Of a stretch of DNA of 64,000 bases, positions 12,386 through 26,166 are shown piece by piece. Source of the DNA: Negaprion brevirostris. Its lineage: Eukaryota. The position numbers and the translations under genes were made by a program. Positions within the stretch are counted from its first letter, which is position 1. Each line of letters opens with the position of its first letter. The stretch lies in contig JARDVH010000132.1 of the NCBI GenBank assembly GCA_030324005.1, positions 90,855,561 through 90,919,560 on the forward strand, given 5' to 3'. The notes under the pieces are model-generated. The model ran no database searches. It was not told where the DNA came from and saw only the letters and a program-made list of their open reading frames with translations.

Positions 12386-12514
12386 ATCATAGAATCCCTA
12401 CAGTGCAGAAGGAGGCCACTCAGTCCATCAAGTCTGCACTGACTCTCTGATAGAGCATCTCACCCAGGCCCATTCCTGCCATACCCCCGTAACCCCATTA
12501 ATCCCCCTAACCTA
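12386..12514 (-). mobile_element. V-SINE 3' tail fragment
   Basis: atcatagaatccctacagtgcagaaggaggcc, same as at 1984 and 30877. Confidence 0.85.
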
Positions 12515-13899
12515 TTTAGTTTTCAGAATTGATAATTCTTTATATGGTGTTGGTAGGTGTGTAGAATGTGTGATGAAAATGAAGTATTTAGATCAAAGCT
12601 GTCATTTAACAGGAAGCTGATTGAGACAAATCCTAAATGCTTTTATGTATTCAGCAGCCAGCAACACAGACGGTTTTACTTATACATGAATGTTTTCATA
12701 CCCTAGATTTTTGAGGATATTTGGAGATGGGATCGTAATAAGAAATTTAACGTAATAGATCCAGACAAATGATCTCTCTTCTAATTAAATTTTAATGCAA
12801 AAAGTGCCATAATGACTATTTTAACTGTACTTAATTAGCCTTCAGCTGAAGAAAAATGAAAGCACATTTCCGTTGCTACTGAGGACCTGGTCAACTGCCA
12901 AAAACAAAATCTAGACAACCTATTGTATTTTTATGAGCAATACTTAGGAGACCATAACTATAAACAGACACAACATACAACAAAGTGTACACTGTGCCTA
13001 GCAACACTTTTTTTTCATGTGCTTATTGTGTTTTTATTATCTTGGTCAGTGCTTTAAAATGTTAAGGCAAATTCCAAAATCCTAACTGAGCGAATGCACC
13101 ATTTCTGGGTGCGGGATCAGGGGATGGTGAGGCAGCAGAAGTAAGTAGAATGGAAAGGGGTAGGGGGATGGAGGCAGGGTGCGAAGGGAACCACCAGTAC
13201 TTAGATGGAGTAGGTGGGAAAGTGGTGGAAAGGAGGGAGGACAAAGCCACCAAGGTTTGACTGAAGTTAGGGATTGGAAGCATTTGTGTTGACTAATAGG
13301 CCTAATTTTCACTAACCCACTTTGGAAACCTAATTTGGGAGTTGGGAGAAGTTAGAGTTGGCATTAGTTGTGTTTGTTGATTGACAATCTGAAGTAACTA
13401 TAGCATAAGCCAAGAATTTTCAGGTTTTAGTGTGGTGGAAAAGGTCTGATCTGGGAATTGTAGTTACAGGAACTGCTCATTCTTTACAAAACCTATGAGT
13501 TGATATCCCATGCAATTTCTGACTGAAATTTGGAAGTCACAACAATTTAGAAAAAAATGAATCCTTTGTGCACTTGCTCATAAGTATTTAACTCTACTGA
13601 TGGTTTGCAAGGTAAATAGGCGAAATTGATCTTCAATGATGATGCACAATGGACCGGAACAAAACAGTGGACTTTTTTTTATATTGTACCTGATTTTTTT
13701 GCAATGACTGCAATTTCCAAGAATTGTAGTAGTTAAGTTAGTTATTCATTACCAAGTATGTGGAGCACTTTGACATTTAAAAAGACAATGGAAAAGCATT
13801 TTAAGAATGCACTGCCTCTTTCCCAATAGCACACGGCTCACATGTTGTGTCCTAATTCAGTAATTTGGTGACAGTCTCTGTACAACAGGAAATAATTGA

Positions 13900-16260
13900 A
13901 GGCTGAAATCAGCACCCAAAAAAGCTGAACCAGCTAGCCTGAAGTCAGCCATAGTCAGAGGTTTGGACTGAAGAAGTTCCTTCAGGATAAAGTAAATGAT
14001 TTTGTGTTGGGACAGGAAACTGCTGGAAATTTTCAAGTTATTTGGACACCTTGAAGGGTAACTTCCAATATTGCCTATGACAGTGCACTCTGCAATAGGC
14101 CCCACATATTCAGAAGTTGGCTGGACCACTGAGGAGGTGCAGCATTTTCCAACACAGCAGCAATGGAAGCAAGTCCGAAGTGAATAGCAGCGGCAGGATT
14201 CTTAAGTCACATGCAGCTGGAGAGATCCAACAGGATGACCAGAGGTCAGCAACGTGGAATGCTCTGAGCTCAAGATCTATAGGCCAAGGGCAAGTTTCCT
14301 AGACCTGTTTGAACAGCGCTGTCCCTGAATCCTCCAGCTGACAGGCCAGGTGATTGCAGACTATGCACCTTCTTGGAGGAAAATCCAAAGTCAGCAGGAG
14401 ATGGTGGTTATCAGTTGTCCAGAGTGATCAAGGTGGCCTTGGCACTCAGTTTGTGTGTTTTGGATCTCACAAAGTGCATTCCACAACTGTATCAGTCAGC
14501 TCACTAATTATCATTTGCAAGAACATCCAACTGCATAAACTTTGAAATGGATGCTGTCTGTCAAGCCAAGAGGGCTGTGATTCATTGCCTTCACTGGATT
14601 TCCATCGATCGAGGGCATTATACACTGCCCTCAGGCACCGTCAGAGTAACCAGGTATTTTGTATTATCAATCACTATAGATTCCACTTCAATATTCAGCT
14701 GGTATGTAACCATTGCAAGAGGATATGCCAGGTTTGTGGCAAGTATTCAGGAAATTGCCATGAAGCGTTCATCCTCAGCAGTCTCATGCCACAGTCTTAT
14801 TTGCAGAGGACAACCTCAATGGATGGCTCCTGGGGGACAGGGGCATACGTGTGATTTGCTTTGAACAGTGCAGGCTTTATTCATATCCATTTCCTATTAA
14901 GGTACTACCTCTGTGGTTTTGGCAGAATTGGAGACTGACTGCTCATTCCCCTGCTCTAACACTTGACTTACCCATGACAGACACCCTGTACGCTCTGGAG
15001 CTTGTGAAGGCCCATTAAACACTGCCCAAGTTGCTTATGTGTGGAGTGAGACTCAGTTGTGGAGGTAGGGTGTAGTTCTGTCAGAGGGGCCGAGGGCAAT
15101 AACCATGAACTGGGGACACCTTGAGAAGAGTCCCCACAATCATGTTCCCACCCTAGTTCTGGTTGCAGTTGATTATGGCTTTCTGCCGTTAAGGTAACTT
15201 ATGATCCGATGCTTTGCAAGGTTCCTTCATAGTGCGAAACCATTGTTGTGGATCAGCATCCACTTGTTGGCTTGTTGCATCTGACTGTCCATGAGGTTGA
15301 TCACTCTTTCAGTGAAGCTGCCCATGAGCACAATGCCTGAGACGTCACAACACACATGAACCCCTCCATCTTTTGCACAGGGGTGTGTATTGTATCCAGA
15401 AACTCTGATGCTCACACATTTCCCATTGCTGCTCTACATGTATCTATTGGATAAGATTGGAATCTCAGTATCGATATCCAGTTGTGCAGAGCTTGAGGTG
15501 TACGTGGCCAGACAATGGAGATTCTCTGCAATTGTCTCTGGGTGTTGACTGTGGGATGGAGGGGGACAGGGCAGTAGGATGCAGGTGAGTTTAGTACTGT
15601 TTGTTGGAGTGGAGACTTGAACCAGGGTGACATGAATGTTAATGGCAGCAGTGTTTGGCTGAGATGATGGTCATGGTTGACCTCCTTTGAAACATCAAGT
15701 CATGTCTGTTTGGGAAGACCAGCTGGCTTCCTCCAGCCAGCCTCTGAAAAGAGTACTCCTCTGACCTGGTGCTTCTAGCAATACCTCCTTGGGGTCATCT
15801 AGGACTAGGAAGGAACAGCCTGCCCATGCTTTCCATCCATTTCACTCCTCTTTTCTGCCCCTTACTAGATGAATTACACCATACAGTGCTACCACTGAGC
15901 ATGCTGCCAGGATCTCTGTAAATAAAGATACCTCACTGCTGTTTCATCCATGTCATTCCATCCGCTCTCCATAATTGGACAGCAAATCAGAAGATGGATC
16001 TGAATTGGCTGGCTGTGGTGAATACTAATTGTAAGATCTATTACCCAGCAGTTTATGTTTGTGACCCAAAAATAGATTTGTTGTTGCAACCAAGATGGGT
16101 ACATGTAGAGCAGCAATAGGAAATGTGTAGGCATCAGAGTTTCTGGATACAGTGCACATTCCTGTGCAGAAGATGGAGGGATTCATGAGCGCTGTGATAT
16201 CTCAAGATGATAAGGTTCCACCCAGTATCGGACTTATTCTTGAGTGGAAAAATTCAATGC
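13900..16260. mobile_element. Degenerate Harbinger element (transposase plus a possible convergent second ORF at about 15200-16100, minus strand)
   Basis: Transposase remnant as above. Minus-strand MGSFTERVINLMDSQMQ resembles the coiled-coil part of Harbinger ORF2. Ends are uncertain. Confidence 0.5.
14272..14850 (+). pseudogene. Fossil PIF/Harbinger (HARBI1-like) DDE transposase, frameshifted
   Basis: Successive motifs KIYRPRASFLDLFEQRC; ISQSAFHNCISQLTN; INFEMDAVCQAKRAV; FTGFPSIEGII; FHFNIQLVCNHCKRICQVCGKYSGNCHEAFIL; GWLLGDRG. Confidence 0.85.
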
Positions 16261-17019
16261 ACACCACCCATTTTCTGATGTAAGTTCAACATTTGACTTC
16301 TAACTTTCATTACAGGCTGCTGAACCCAAGCTTTGCCAGGATTATGTCTCAATGAAACAGGTGACCTTTAGTCAACCTAGCTCTAGCAGTGGAGCTGTAA
16401 ATTATATGTGAACTAGGCTCTTGTGCCTCACTGGAGATGATTCGGCCAAAATGCTGATGTATTTATTTGTTCAAAATCCACCCACAAATCCTTGAAGCTA
16501 ACAAGGCAGGAAAAATGCTGCATCAGAATATTTAAAGGGCATAACTGACTGCATTGAGAGCAATGCATGCTGTCTACCAAGAACCATGGAATGTCAGTCA
16601 ACAAAATGGGCTTTCAATCACTCAACGTCCAGCTGATGTATGATGACAGGCAGTGCATCATGCAGATTTGTATCTGGTTTCCTGGCATTGTCACAGTGCC
16701 TTTATCTTGAAGTGCTTAACCTCTGTTCTATTCCACTAAAACCAAACTGGTTGTTTAGGTATAATGTGTACACCTGAGCATGCAACTCATAAAACCTGTT
16801 AGGCTCCAAACCACATGCAGGGGAGTGTCACAATGAGAATCACACCCAAACAGAACTTTGAATAAACAATTACTATTTTGAAACAGAGGTCCCACTGCCT
16901 GGATAAGGCTGGAACTATTCCGTCATAAATCTCTGAGAGACTGTCTTGATTATTTGACTTTGAAAGCATGCTTCATGAATGTGCAACCTTGAGAATCATC
17001 TGAGGAAGTAGAAATAAAA

Positions 17020-17240
17020 GCATACGAGTAGGAAGAACAGCAGAATATCTAGAAAGAGCAAGACTCATCAGCCCTACCTGTCGCCTCTACAGAAGCAAAT
17101 CATTGAGGATGGCTTTGGTACTTAATTACCTGTGCACAGAAGTCCTTTCTATCATCAGAACCAGACCTTGTATCCGCAAGGTAAATGCCTTCAACTTCAA
17201 CATGGACATTGCTGTCACTTCACAAGGTATGGTCAAACAA
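17020..17240 (+). mobile_element. Possible second Harbinger transposase N-terminal scrap
   Basis: LRMALVLNYLCT..SFLSSEPDL resembles VKVTVALNFFASGSFQ..GDL; weak. Confidence 0.3.
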
Positions 17241-18374
17241 ATATCAATTTAAAGAAACTGCACATCAAGAATTCCAAAGTATTAATTTTTCAGTTGTGAA
17301 CAAACAGTTTGACTAAATATTGCCCTTGTGCAAATCCTTATTTGCCTATCTTTATTATTCTTCTGCCAACTCTGGTGTTGTGGTGATGCACTCTAGTAGT
17401 GATTACATCATATAGTGCCATTTAATGTTTTATTCCAGAAATGTATTGCCCCAAGTTTATTAAATTGCGTCTGTCACCTCTGCCCATTCCGTTACCCTAC
17501 CTGTGTCTTCCCAAGGTCTTTTACAGTTCTTAATTTTCAAAACTATTTTTATGTCACCACCATTGTTTGAAATTGTGTCCTCTGTACCCAAGTACAAATC
17601 AACTAAAGATACCAAGAACAGNNNNNNNNNNNNNNNNNNNNNNNNNNNNNNNNNNNNNNNNNNNNNNNNNNNNNNNNNNNNNNNNNNNNNNNNNNNNNNN
17701 NNNNNNNNNNNNNNNNNNNNNCAAGAACAGAAGTGAAATTAACACAGACTTTGGAGATAAACTACAGCCAAATCTTCTCCAACCTGAGCATTTATTCTAA
17801 TTTCTTGGTTTCTGTTACATTCACTGAGCCCTTGTATGCTTCTGAAAGCAACTTAAGTGCTAGCATGGTCCCTGACACCTGTGGTGTACCAGTGGGTTCC
17901 TGTGCTACAAAATCCACTTTATAGTGTGTAACAGATGTAAAAAACTTAAAAGAATTACAGCTGTTGGATTACTTACACGGTCTGGTGCAATTTTCTGCAA
18001 TCCCTCCTGTTTTTGTCCTGCAACTGGCATTCATGTGAGGGATCCATTGCACACCAGTTGTATTGAATATACTAAATGTAGTAATTTTGTTCTGTCTCTT
18101 TATCCACAATTAGTTCAGGCATCAAAAAAGCAAATAAGTCCAACTTGACTTAAATCCTGATCTGAATTTTGCTCAGAACGGAAGGACCTTCCTCAAAGTG
18201 GAAATGGTCCCTGAGGCCTGAATCCAGAAGTTTGCCCCAAAGCCAGGGAGCAGGGTTGTACTGTACTTTCCATATTTGCGATTCATGGAGGCAGCCACGC
18301 ACGTTAATATGCAACTGTCTATGGTTAGATTCAGTTTTGGTTATTGAATTCTTCTGAATCATGACTTGTGAGAA

Positions 18375-19455
18375 AATAGAACATTGAAAAACTACAGCAC
18401 AAATAGGGCCTTCGGCCCACAAGTTACACCGAACATGTCCCTACCTACTAAGCTTACCGATAACCCTCTACTTACTAAGTCCCGTGTACTTATCCAAAAG
18501 TCTCTTAAAAGACCCTGTCGAATCCACCTCCACCACCACTGCCAGCAGCCGATTCCACGCACTCACCACCCTCAGTGAAAAACTTACCCCTGACATCTCC
18601 TCTGTACCTAGTCCCCAGCACCCTAAATCTGTGTCCTCTTGTGGCAGCCATTTCAGCCCTGGGGAAAAGCCTCTGAGAATCTACTCGATCAGTATCTCTC
18701 AACATCTTATACACCTGTATCAGGTCACCTCTCGTCCTTCATCTCTCTAAGGAGAAAAGACTGAGCTCTGTCAACCTATCTTCATAAGGCATGCCACCTA
18801 ATCCAGGCAACTTCCTTGTAAATCTCCTCTCACCCTTTCTATGTCTTCCACATCCTTCCTGTGAAGAGGCGACCAGAACTGAGCACAGTACTCCCAAGTG
18901 GGGTCTGACCAGTGTCTTATACAGCCGCAGCATTATCTCCTAACTCCTAAACTCAATTCCTCCATTGATGAAGGCCAGTACACCATATGCCGCCTTAACT
19001 ACATCCTCTACCTGCGAAGCTGATTTGAGTGTCCTATGAACCCGGACCCCAAGATCCTTCTGATCTTCCACACTGCTAAGAGTCTTACCCGTAATACTAT
19101 ATTCCATCATCCCATTTGACCTGCCAAAATGAATCACCACACACTTATCTGGGCTGAAGTCCATCTGCCACTTCTCCACCCAGTCTTGCATCCTATCTAN
19201 NNNNNNNNNNNNNNNNNNNNNNNNNNNNNNNNNNNNNNNNNNNNNNNNNNNNNNNNNNNNNNNNNNNNNNNNNNNNNNNNNNNNNNNNNNNNNNNNNNNN
19301 NNNNNNNNNNCAAAGAGCAAGGGTCCCAGAACAGATCCCTGGGGCACTCCACTGGTGACCAACCTCCATGCAGAAAAAGACCCATCTACAATCACTGTTT
19401 GCCTTATGTGGGCAAGCCAGTTCTGGATCCACAAAGCAATGTCCCCTGGATCCCA
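18375..19455 (-). mobile_element. CR1 LINE 3' portion, well preserved
   Basis: WIQNWLAHIRQTVIVDGSFSAWRLVTSGVPQGSVLGPLLF...WQMDFSPDKC...DLGVRVH...LRLYKTLVRPHL; 3' tail gggccgaaggccc..tgtgctgtag. Confidence 0.96.
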
Positions 19456-20439
19456 AAGATCTACAGTTAATGGAGTTCTTTGGAGAGGTAGGGCATCTTT
19501 TTGAGCAGACCAGAGGCACCCTTGGGTGAGATAAGATACCTGTGTTAAAAGTAGACATGAACGTGCTTAAAAAGTGGATAAGCCGTCAAGGAACTGTCGA
19601 ACTGTCAAAGCTCAATGAAACCATTAACTTTTCTGACCTCTAAAATTAATTTTTACAAGTCTCCAGGTAAAGAAAATCAGCACTTGCCATTTAATTCTTT
19701 ATGTTGATATTAGCCGGAGGGTTATCATTATAGGAATTATGTTGCAAGACTGATTTCACAGTTTAATTGACAGTTCCAAGTACTACTAAAGTCTTTGAAG
19801 ACTAGGGACACAAATACTTATTTTATAAGTGATTTAAGTGATTGAGGAAATGCAGTGAATGGGTTTTTAATCAGAGGTTTTTTTCAAATAATGAATTCAA
19901 CAATAGTCACTGTTATTTCCTCTCAGCATGAGGCCTGAGGTTTGCCCATGGTGATTATTGGGTGAGGTGACATGGAGAATGTAAGGGCAAAGAGTAGTGA
20001 TTTGGCATGTGTGGGCACTGAAATGACATAGAAGCTATAAAAGGTCATGGGAATGGCTAGAGGGGCATGATTGGGGAGCTTCGCATTACATCTGTTGAGG
20101 TGTCCCCTTTGGATTGTCAGTGTGCATCTGGTTTTCATGTGGGTCTTTAGGCAGTGGCAGGGAATGGGCCTATGTGCAGGGTGTTGAGGAGGTGGAGATG
20201 TTGAGGTGACAGTAGTCACTCTGCTGACTTGTTTGGAGGAGAAGAGTTTGCGGCCCAGCTACTGTACACAGATATCTCATCACAGATTTTCTGTATCATA
20301 AGCCACCACTGACAAAAATTGGCCTAGAAAAACAGCTTGATGTAAAGCATCAATGGATAATGAGCAAGGACCTGCTTTCAGGCAAAAATGTGCTAAGGAA
20401 TAACCTGCTCATGGACGCCTCAGTTTGGGGTCCATTGGA

Positions 20440-21640
20440 GCCACTTAACTCGTGATCACATTACAACTTTGGGTCGAACACGGATAAAAGAACCGAACTC
20501 GAAGTGAGGTGAGATTAATTACCTTGACATCAAGGCTGCTTTTGACCAAGCATGGATGGCATCGAGGAACCCCAGCAAAACTGAACTCAATGAGAATAAA
20601 GTGGGGAACTCTCCAGTGATTGGAGTAATACCTGGCATGAGGGAAGGTAGTTGTGGTAGTTGGAGGTCAATCATCTCGTTCCGAGGGCACAATTGCCCAA
20701 GTTTCTCAGGATAGTGTCCTTGACCCAATTATCTTCAGCAGCTTCATCAATGATCTTCCTTCCACCATAAGGTCAAAAGTGGGCATGTTTGTTGGTGATC
20801 ATTGCACAATGTTTAGCACCTTTTGTGAGGCAAACTGTGCCCATATGTAGCAAGACCTGAAAAACATTCAAGCACAGCTGATGAGTGGAAAGTTACATTT
20901 GTGCAGCACAAGTACCAAGCATTGACCATCTTCTACAAGAGAGAATCCAACCTTACATTGCCATCATCAAATGCACTACCATCAAATGCTAAAGTCGGCC
21001 ATCAACCAGAAACTGAAATGGATCAGCCATTTACCAAATACTGTGGCTACAAAAGCAGGTAAGATGCTGGGAATTCTGCGGCAAGTAACACAACTCTTGA
21101 CTCTCGATAATCTGTCTACCATATACAAGACACAAGCCAGGACTGGATAGAATGCTGTGCACTTCCTTGAATGAGTACAGTTCTTACAATTATCAAGAAG
21201 CTCAACACCATCCAGGGAAAAACAACTTGCTTGGTTGACATCCCATCCACCACCTTCAACAATCACTCCTTCCTACCGCTGTAACAGCAGTGTGTACCAT
21301 CTACAACTTGCATTGCAGCAACTTGTCGAGGTTCATTCTACAGCACCTTCTAAACCTGTGACCTCTACCACCTAGAAGGTCAAGGGAAGCAGACATATGG
21401 AAGCACCACTACCTGCAAATTCCCTTCCAAGCCCCCCACAATCCTGATTTGGAACTATTTTGCTGTTCCTTCACTATCACGAGGTCAAAATCCTCTCATT
21501 TCCTTCCTAACAGACTTGTGGGTGTACCTACACTACATGAGCTATGATGATTCAAAAAGGCAGTTCACCAGCATGTTTTCAAAGCAATTAGGGATGGGCC
21601 ATAAATGCTGGCCCAGTCAGTGACACCACATCTGTGAAAG
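20440..21640 (+). mobile_element. Family B CR1-group LINE, RT to 3' end
   Basis: LDIKAAFDQAW; VVVGGQSS...VSQDSVLDPIIFSSFINDLPSTIRSKVGMFVGD; tail gcaattagggatgggccataaatgctggcc. Confidence 0.85.
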
Positions 21641-23489
21641 AGTTTTTAAAAACCACGTCATGATGTGTTTATTATGTGTTGGTCTGTAATATGTGGACTT
21701 TAATAATTATGCACTGAATATTGCAATGATGTTTTATTACTGTTTTGATTTTGTTGGTGTCTGGAGTCACATTAATTTTCAAGTGTTGAAATGGGGTCAT
21801 TGGAAAATAGTTCAGGACTGCTATAGATATTTTAGCTGCCTTAACAGATTGCCCTGCCATCTTCAATGTTTTGTGTATGGAACCACCAGATCATTGTTCT
21901 TGCATCTCCTTTTAAAGTTGATTGATGTGAATTATTATTATAGCCAGATGGCGCTGTGTTCATCTTGGTAGCACAGTTGCAACTTTGATAAATTCTCAAC
22001 ATACTAGAACTAATATATTTGAACAGTAGCTAGCATATTTCCTGATAGCATTACGGTTTTAGTTAGTAGTCTCACTATCACTAGCCATCAACCTGCATGA
22101 TGCTTCATTCGTGCAGTCCAGTATAGTGGCTAAAAAAGCTGTATTTTAAATTAACAAGTAGCTGTTGATGAACTGAAAGCTACAAATAATGTTGAGATTC
22201 TCTGATGTTAGACTTCTCAAAGCAGTTGTTAGTGGTTTTTGGTTTCAAGTTTACCACTAGCTTTCTGACATTTGTATTTATCTGGATGCAAAGAAAGTAT
22301 TAGTTTGGATATAAAAAGAGATATGTCACTGCCAGTACTGGAATAATGTAATAAATGTTTTTACAGTTATGTTATGACCAGCCTCAGGAGTTAAAATGTT
22401 TATCTTTTCACAGTAGTGGCTGCGACCCAGTTTATGAATAACACGTTGCTTTTTCTTCAGTTAGAAGTGTGAGGCAGAACAGGGAAGAAAACACATTGGG
22501 GATTTGTCGATGTAATAAAATCTGAGAACTCTCCCAATAATGAGTTTCTTATTATGTTAATATACCAGTTGAAAATGTACTAGTGAGTTTTTTTTCCCTC
22601 CGCACCTCCTACCTCAGTTACTGTTATTACAGATTTAATTCTTCATGTTTAATGAGGCAACAGGACACCAGGGTGATATTTTTCAGGAGTTGCATATTAG
22701 ATTTAATTGTGTAATTGAACCAGAGCTTCGGTTTTATGATTGGGAATGTTGTTTAAATGAATGGAAGAAAATATGTAAGTACACTTTCCTCCAACTCTAA
22801 TTCTCTGTTGAATCAGCAAATAGGTGCAGCATTTTTGTGTGCTGCATATGTTGTCTTTGATTGTGCGAGACAAGGTCTTTAACGCTGCTGGAAGTATGGA
22901 TTGTGTCAGCATGAAGTCTTTCATGCCTGGAAGATGCTCAGTTAAGGTACAGCGGATTGTGGAATGGTGATTGTGGTTTGCCTGTTTAAAAGTCTTGCAC
23001 CATTTAGTTAATTTTAAAGAATGCTGTGTGGATTTTTGTTTTAAGGAGTGTCTCAAGTTAATTGTCATCTTTGTGTGGTAGAATTGTTNNNNNNNNNNNN
23101 NNNNNNNNNNNNNNNNNNNNNNNNNNNNNNNNNGGAAGTTGCAAGGCCTCCCTAAAAGAAAGGAAATGACAAAAGTTTATTAATATCAAGTAACTGTACA
23201 TTTAGGCTACTGCTTTAGATGTGTTGGCATCACACTCTAAATTCCATATTCTGTCACCATTTGTTACTTCTGCAAGATCCTTTTAATATTTCATTTGTTT
23301 TTTGAATTAATGGACCTACCGACTGGAGACACAAACATTCAACTCCTGAAGGTTGCAAATGTATTTTTGTCATTTATCTGTTAGCCGAAATTGGAGAGAT
23401 GAAAAAACGCAAAGGGACAGATTTTCCTCCTGGTTTTTGGAGCATGACAGCTGTGCACCTTGTAATCCTAATAGGCGAGATAGTCCACT

Positions 23490-23843
23490 GAGGGCTGGGT
23501 AAAGTGATTAAATATATTCCTGGAGGTTTCATCATACAACTTTCCTCTACACTCCAGGCACTATTCAGCCAACATTTTCATCCAGTCTTGCACTGCTGCA
23601 AATGCCAATTGGAAACTAAAGTCTGATTGCACCATTGGATGATGCCTGACTGTAAGATAAACAGCCCTTTTCTCCCATTTTCAGTATTTTTATATTGGAC
23701 AAAGCTCAAAGAAAATGACAAAGCAAAGCAATCTTTCTTAATGTACTGCTGGCATTTCTCCAGAATTGCACACAGCAGGGTCCTGGAGATTGATCTTCAA
23801 TTCCTGGAGATTCCAGGCCAGTCCCAAAGGGTTGGAAACCCTA
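23490..23843. mobile_element. Non-autonomous hAT (Blackjack-like) element, possibly nested in a MITE spanning about 23413-24478
   Basis: Right end gggttggaaacccta resembles the TAGGGTTGCCA-type TIR, with subterminal cctggaga repeats. Outer imperfect ends gggacagattttc / gaaaatctggc. Confidence 0.5.
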
Positions 23844-24982
23844 GGGCTAGGCCTCGTTTGTATACAGTTGTGAGTAGAAAATGGCCTGTAAAAATGTTGG
23901 TCCTGTGAGTGTTGTACCTTCTGTGCTCCTTTTCAGCGGACCAGTTGAGTCTTGAAGTGACAGGTGTACGTCATAGGTCCTCAATCTCCATATTAAAAAG
24001 GAATGTAGAGAAATAAATGGTGGGACGGCTCTCTGATAAATTCCTGCTTCCTTACAATTTTTCCTGAGTTTTCTTCAGGAGATGCTGGCTACCCATCCAT
24101 CATAGGCAGGAAGCTAATGAACGTGATAATTGAGCCAATTTGCAGCCATTTTTTAGGAGGGGTTTAAATTTTACAGGTGGTGCATGGAATCTTGTCTGCA
24201 GCTCGTTTTTAGTTCCTGAATTTCCTTTCCTTCTGTGCCTGAAAATCTGTATATCTCTCTGAACATGTTTGTATCTCCCTCTGTGTCTAAATACTCCCTC
24301 CCTTTCTCTTTCCATAAATAACTGAATTCTCTCTCTCACCCTCCCCTTAAAACACCTTAACAGGACAACCAATGTCATAAAGTGCAGCTGATTTTTTTCA
24401 ACTCCTGCCAAGAGAGATTCAGACACACTGAGCGTGTGTTGAACGATAATGCCAGCAGCAGGTCAGAAAATCTGGCTGTACGTTGTTCTGGGCTCAAAGT
24501 ATGAAATGCAATATATTTACTGCGTAACACATGATCATTCATTCACATCTTACAGTCTTTCTTAATTCGGAATGATGAATAGCATAAAATGTGAAATTCT
24601 AAAGGGTATTTAACTCATGAATACATTTATTCTGACAGTCATTAATAATCTGTTTTATTTTGGACTTCACCCCGCTTGTGGGACAAAAGTCATTGTGGAT
24701 ATATTTGTGCTTAATGAGCTAAGTTCAGTCTTAAAAATATGAACTTCTTTTGCATATTCATTACTTTAAATGGACTGACAACTGCATTTAAAGAATCCAC
24801 AGGATTTATGTTGATGTGTTCATCACAGATCAAGCAGATGGAAATTCCACCTTATTCGTTTTCCAATTGAAAGTCTTCAATATTATCATTCATTTCCTCC
24901 ATCCCCATTGGAAGTAGATGGTCTTTCTGACAGAGAAGTCAGGACGCTGGAAAGTCAGCACAACGTGGGGATGAAGTGCCAT

Positions 24983-26160
24983 AGCAACATATATTTATAT
25001 TGTGCCTTCAGCACAGTAAAATATTATAAACTATGTATTTAGTAGGAAAGTTACTAAACAGTATTTGATGCTATGAAAAATGTTTGGGCAGATGGAATAG
25101 TGAAGCGCAGAGGTAACAACAGGCCTCAAGAATAGATGAGCTGAGGCAAATGCAGAGTCTGGCCATATTATGGAGGTAGAATTAAATCTGTTAGTAAAAG
25201 TTGGGTATGTGAGGTGAAGTACACCTCAGGATTGAGTATGTCACCAAGGTTTCAAACAGGCTAGTTCAATTTCAGATGATTGCCAGGGCAAGGGACTTGG
25301 AGTTGAATATGATACCAAGGTTGATGGAGTCTGTAGTGAGAGATACCGTGTACAGTGGTGACTGAAAAATTCCCAATGTTTACCAAGAGGAAGTTGAGGC
25401 TTATTTGTGACTGAATCATTTTCTGGATGAAATCCAGAGGTTACGGTTGGAGGGCGTGGGGAGAATCTGTTGTTTGAGATTCTCCAGATATGATTTGGTT
25501 CAGTAAGAATGGAACAAGAAAGGACCATCCCCAGTGTGATAAACAACTGAGGTAAAGTGTTGAAAGATGATGATGCAGTCAGTCCTGTTGAAAGCTGCAG
25601 AGGAGGAATATTGTTCCATAGCTGCAGTCATATAGCATGTCATTTGCAAATTTGGGTTGGACTGTTCTGGCGCAGAAGGGAAGTAGTAGGAACTAGATTG
25701 AAGATTAAACTGGTTAGTCGTGAGAGACACTCCGAGCTAAGAGATAACCACAAGTTTGATGACCTTGGAGAGGAGAGACTAATTGAAGCTGAGCAGTAGT
25801 ACCAAGGCAGGTAAAGTTGTATTAATGACAATAGATTTGAAAACGGAAAGGGCAGCACTCGCAACCCAAGAAGGAAACCTTTTACAATGTCCATGAGCAG
25901 GCAGAAGAGGTTGAATGGTCAGTAGTTGAGTGAGAATGGGGTTTAGAAATGTGGTGGCTATGAATGTGAGGAGTTTGGAAGGGTAGGGGGAAGAAACGAG
26001 AATGAGTCAGCCAATCAGAGTTGGGTAACAGGATGGTGGGGGAAGGGGTAAGCTAAGGGTAGAAGGGAAGTAGGCAGCTAAATGGATATGCTTGATCTTG
26101 TTGCCTAAAAAACTCGATGAAAACAGAAAAGGGGTGGCTAGTAGTTGGAGAGGACCCTTG
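24983..26160 (-). mobile_element. Old L2 LINE, 3' portion; probably continues at about 31760-32600
   Basis: L2 tail at 24983. caccaaggtt..aaacaggctagttcaatttcagatgattgccaggg is homologous to 3265-3320. SAAFN motif near 25590. Confidence 0.7.
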
Positions 26161-26166
26161 TATCTT

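Noticed and set aside
14272-14850. Functional domesticated HARBI1-like gene
   Set aside because: It has a stop codon, several frameshifts and has lost the first catalytic motif.
19920-20420. Distinct element with G-rich ggcatg motifs
   Set aside because: It is probably MITE interior related to 59590-59760, but no TIR or TSD could be fixed.
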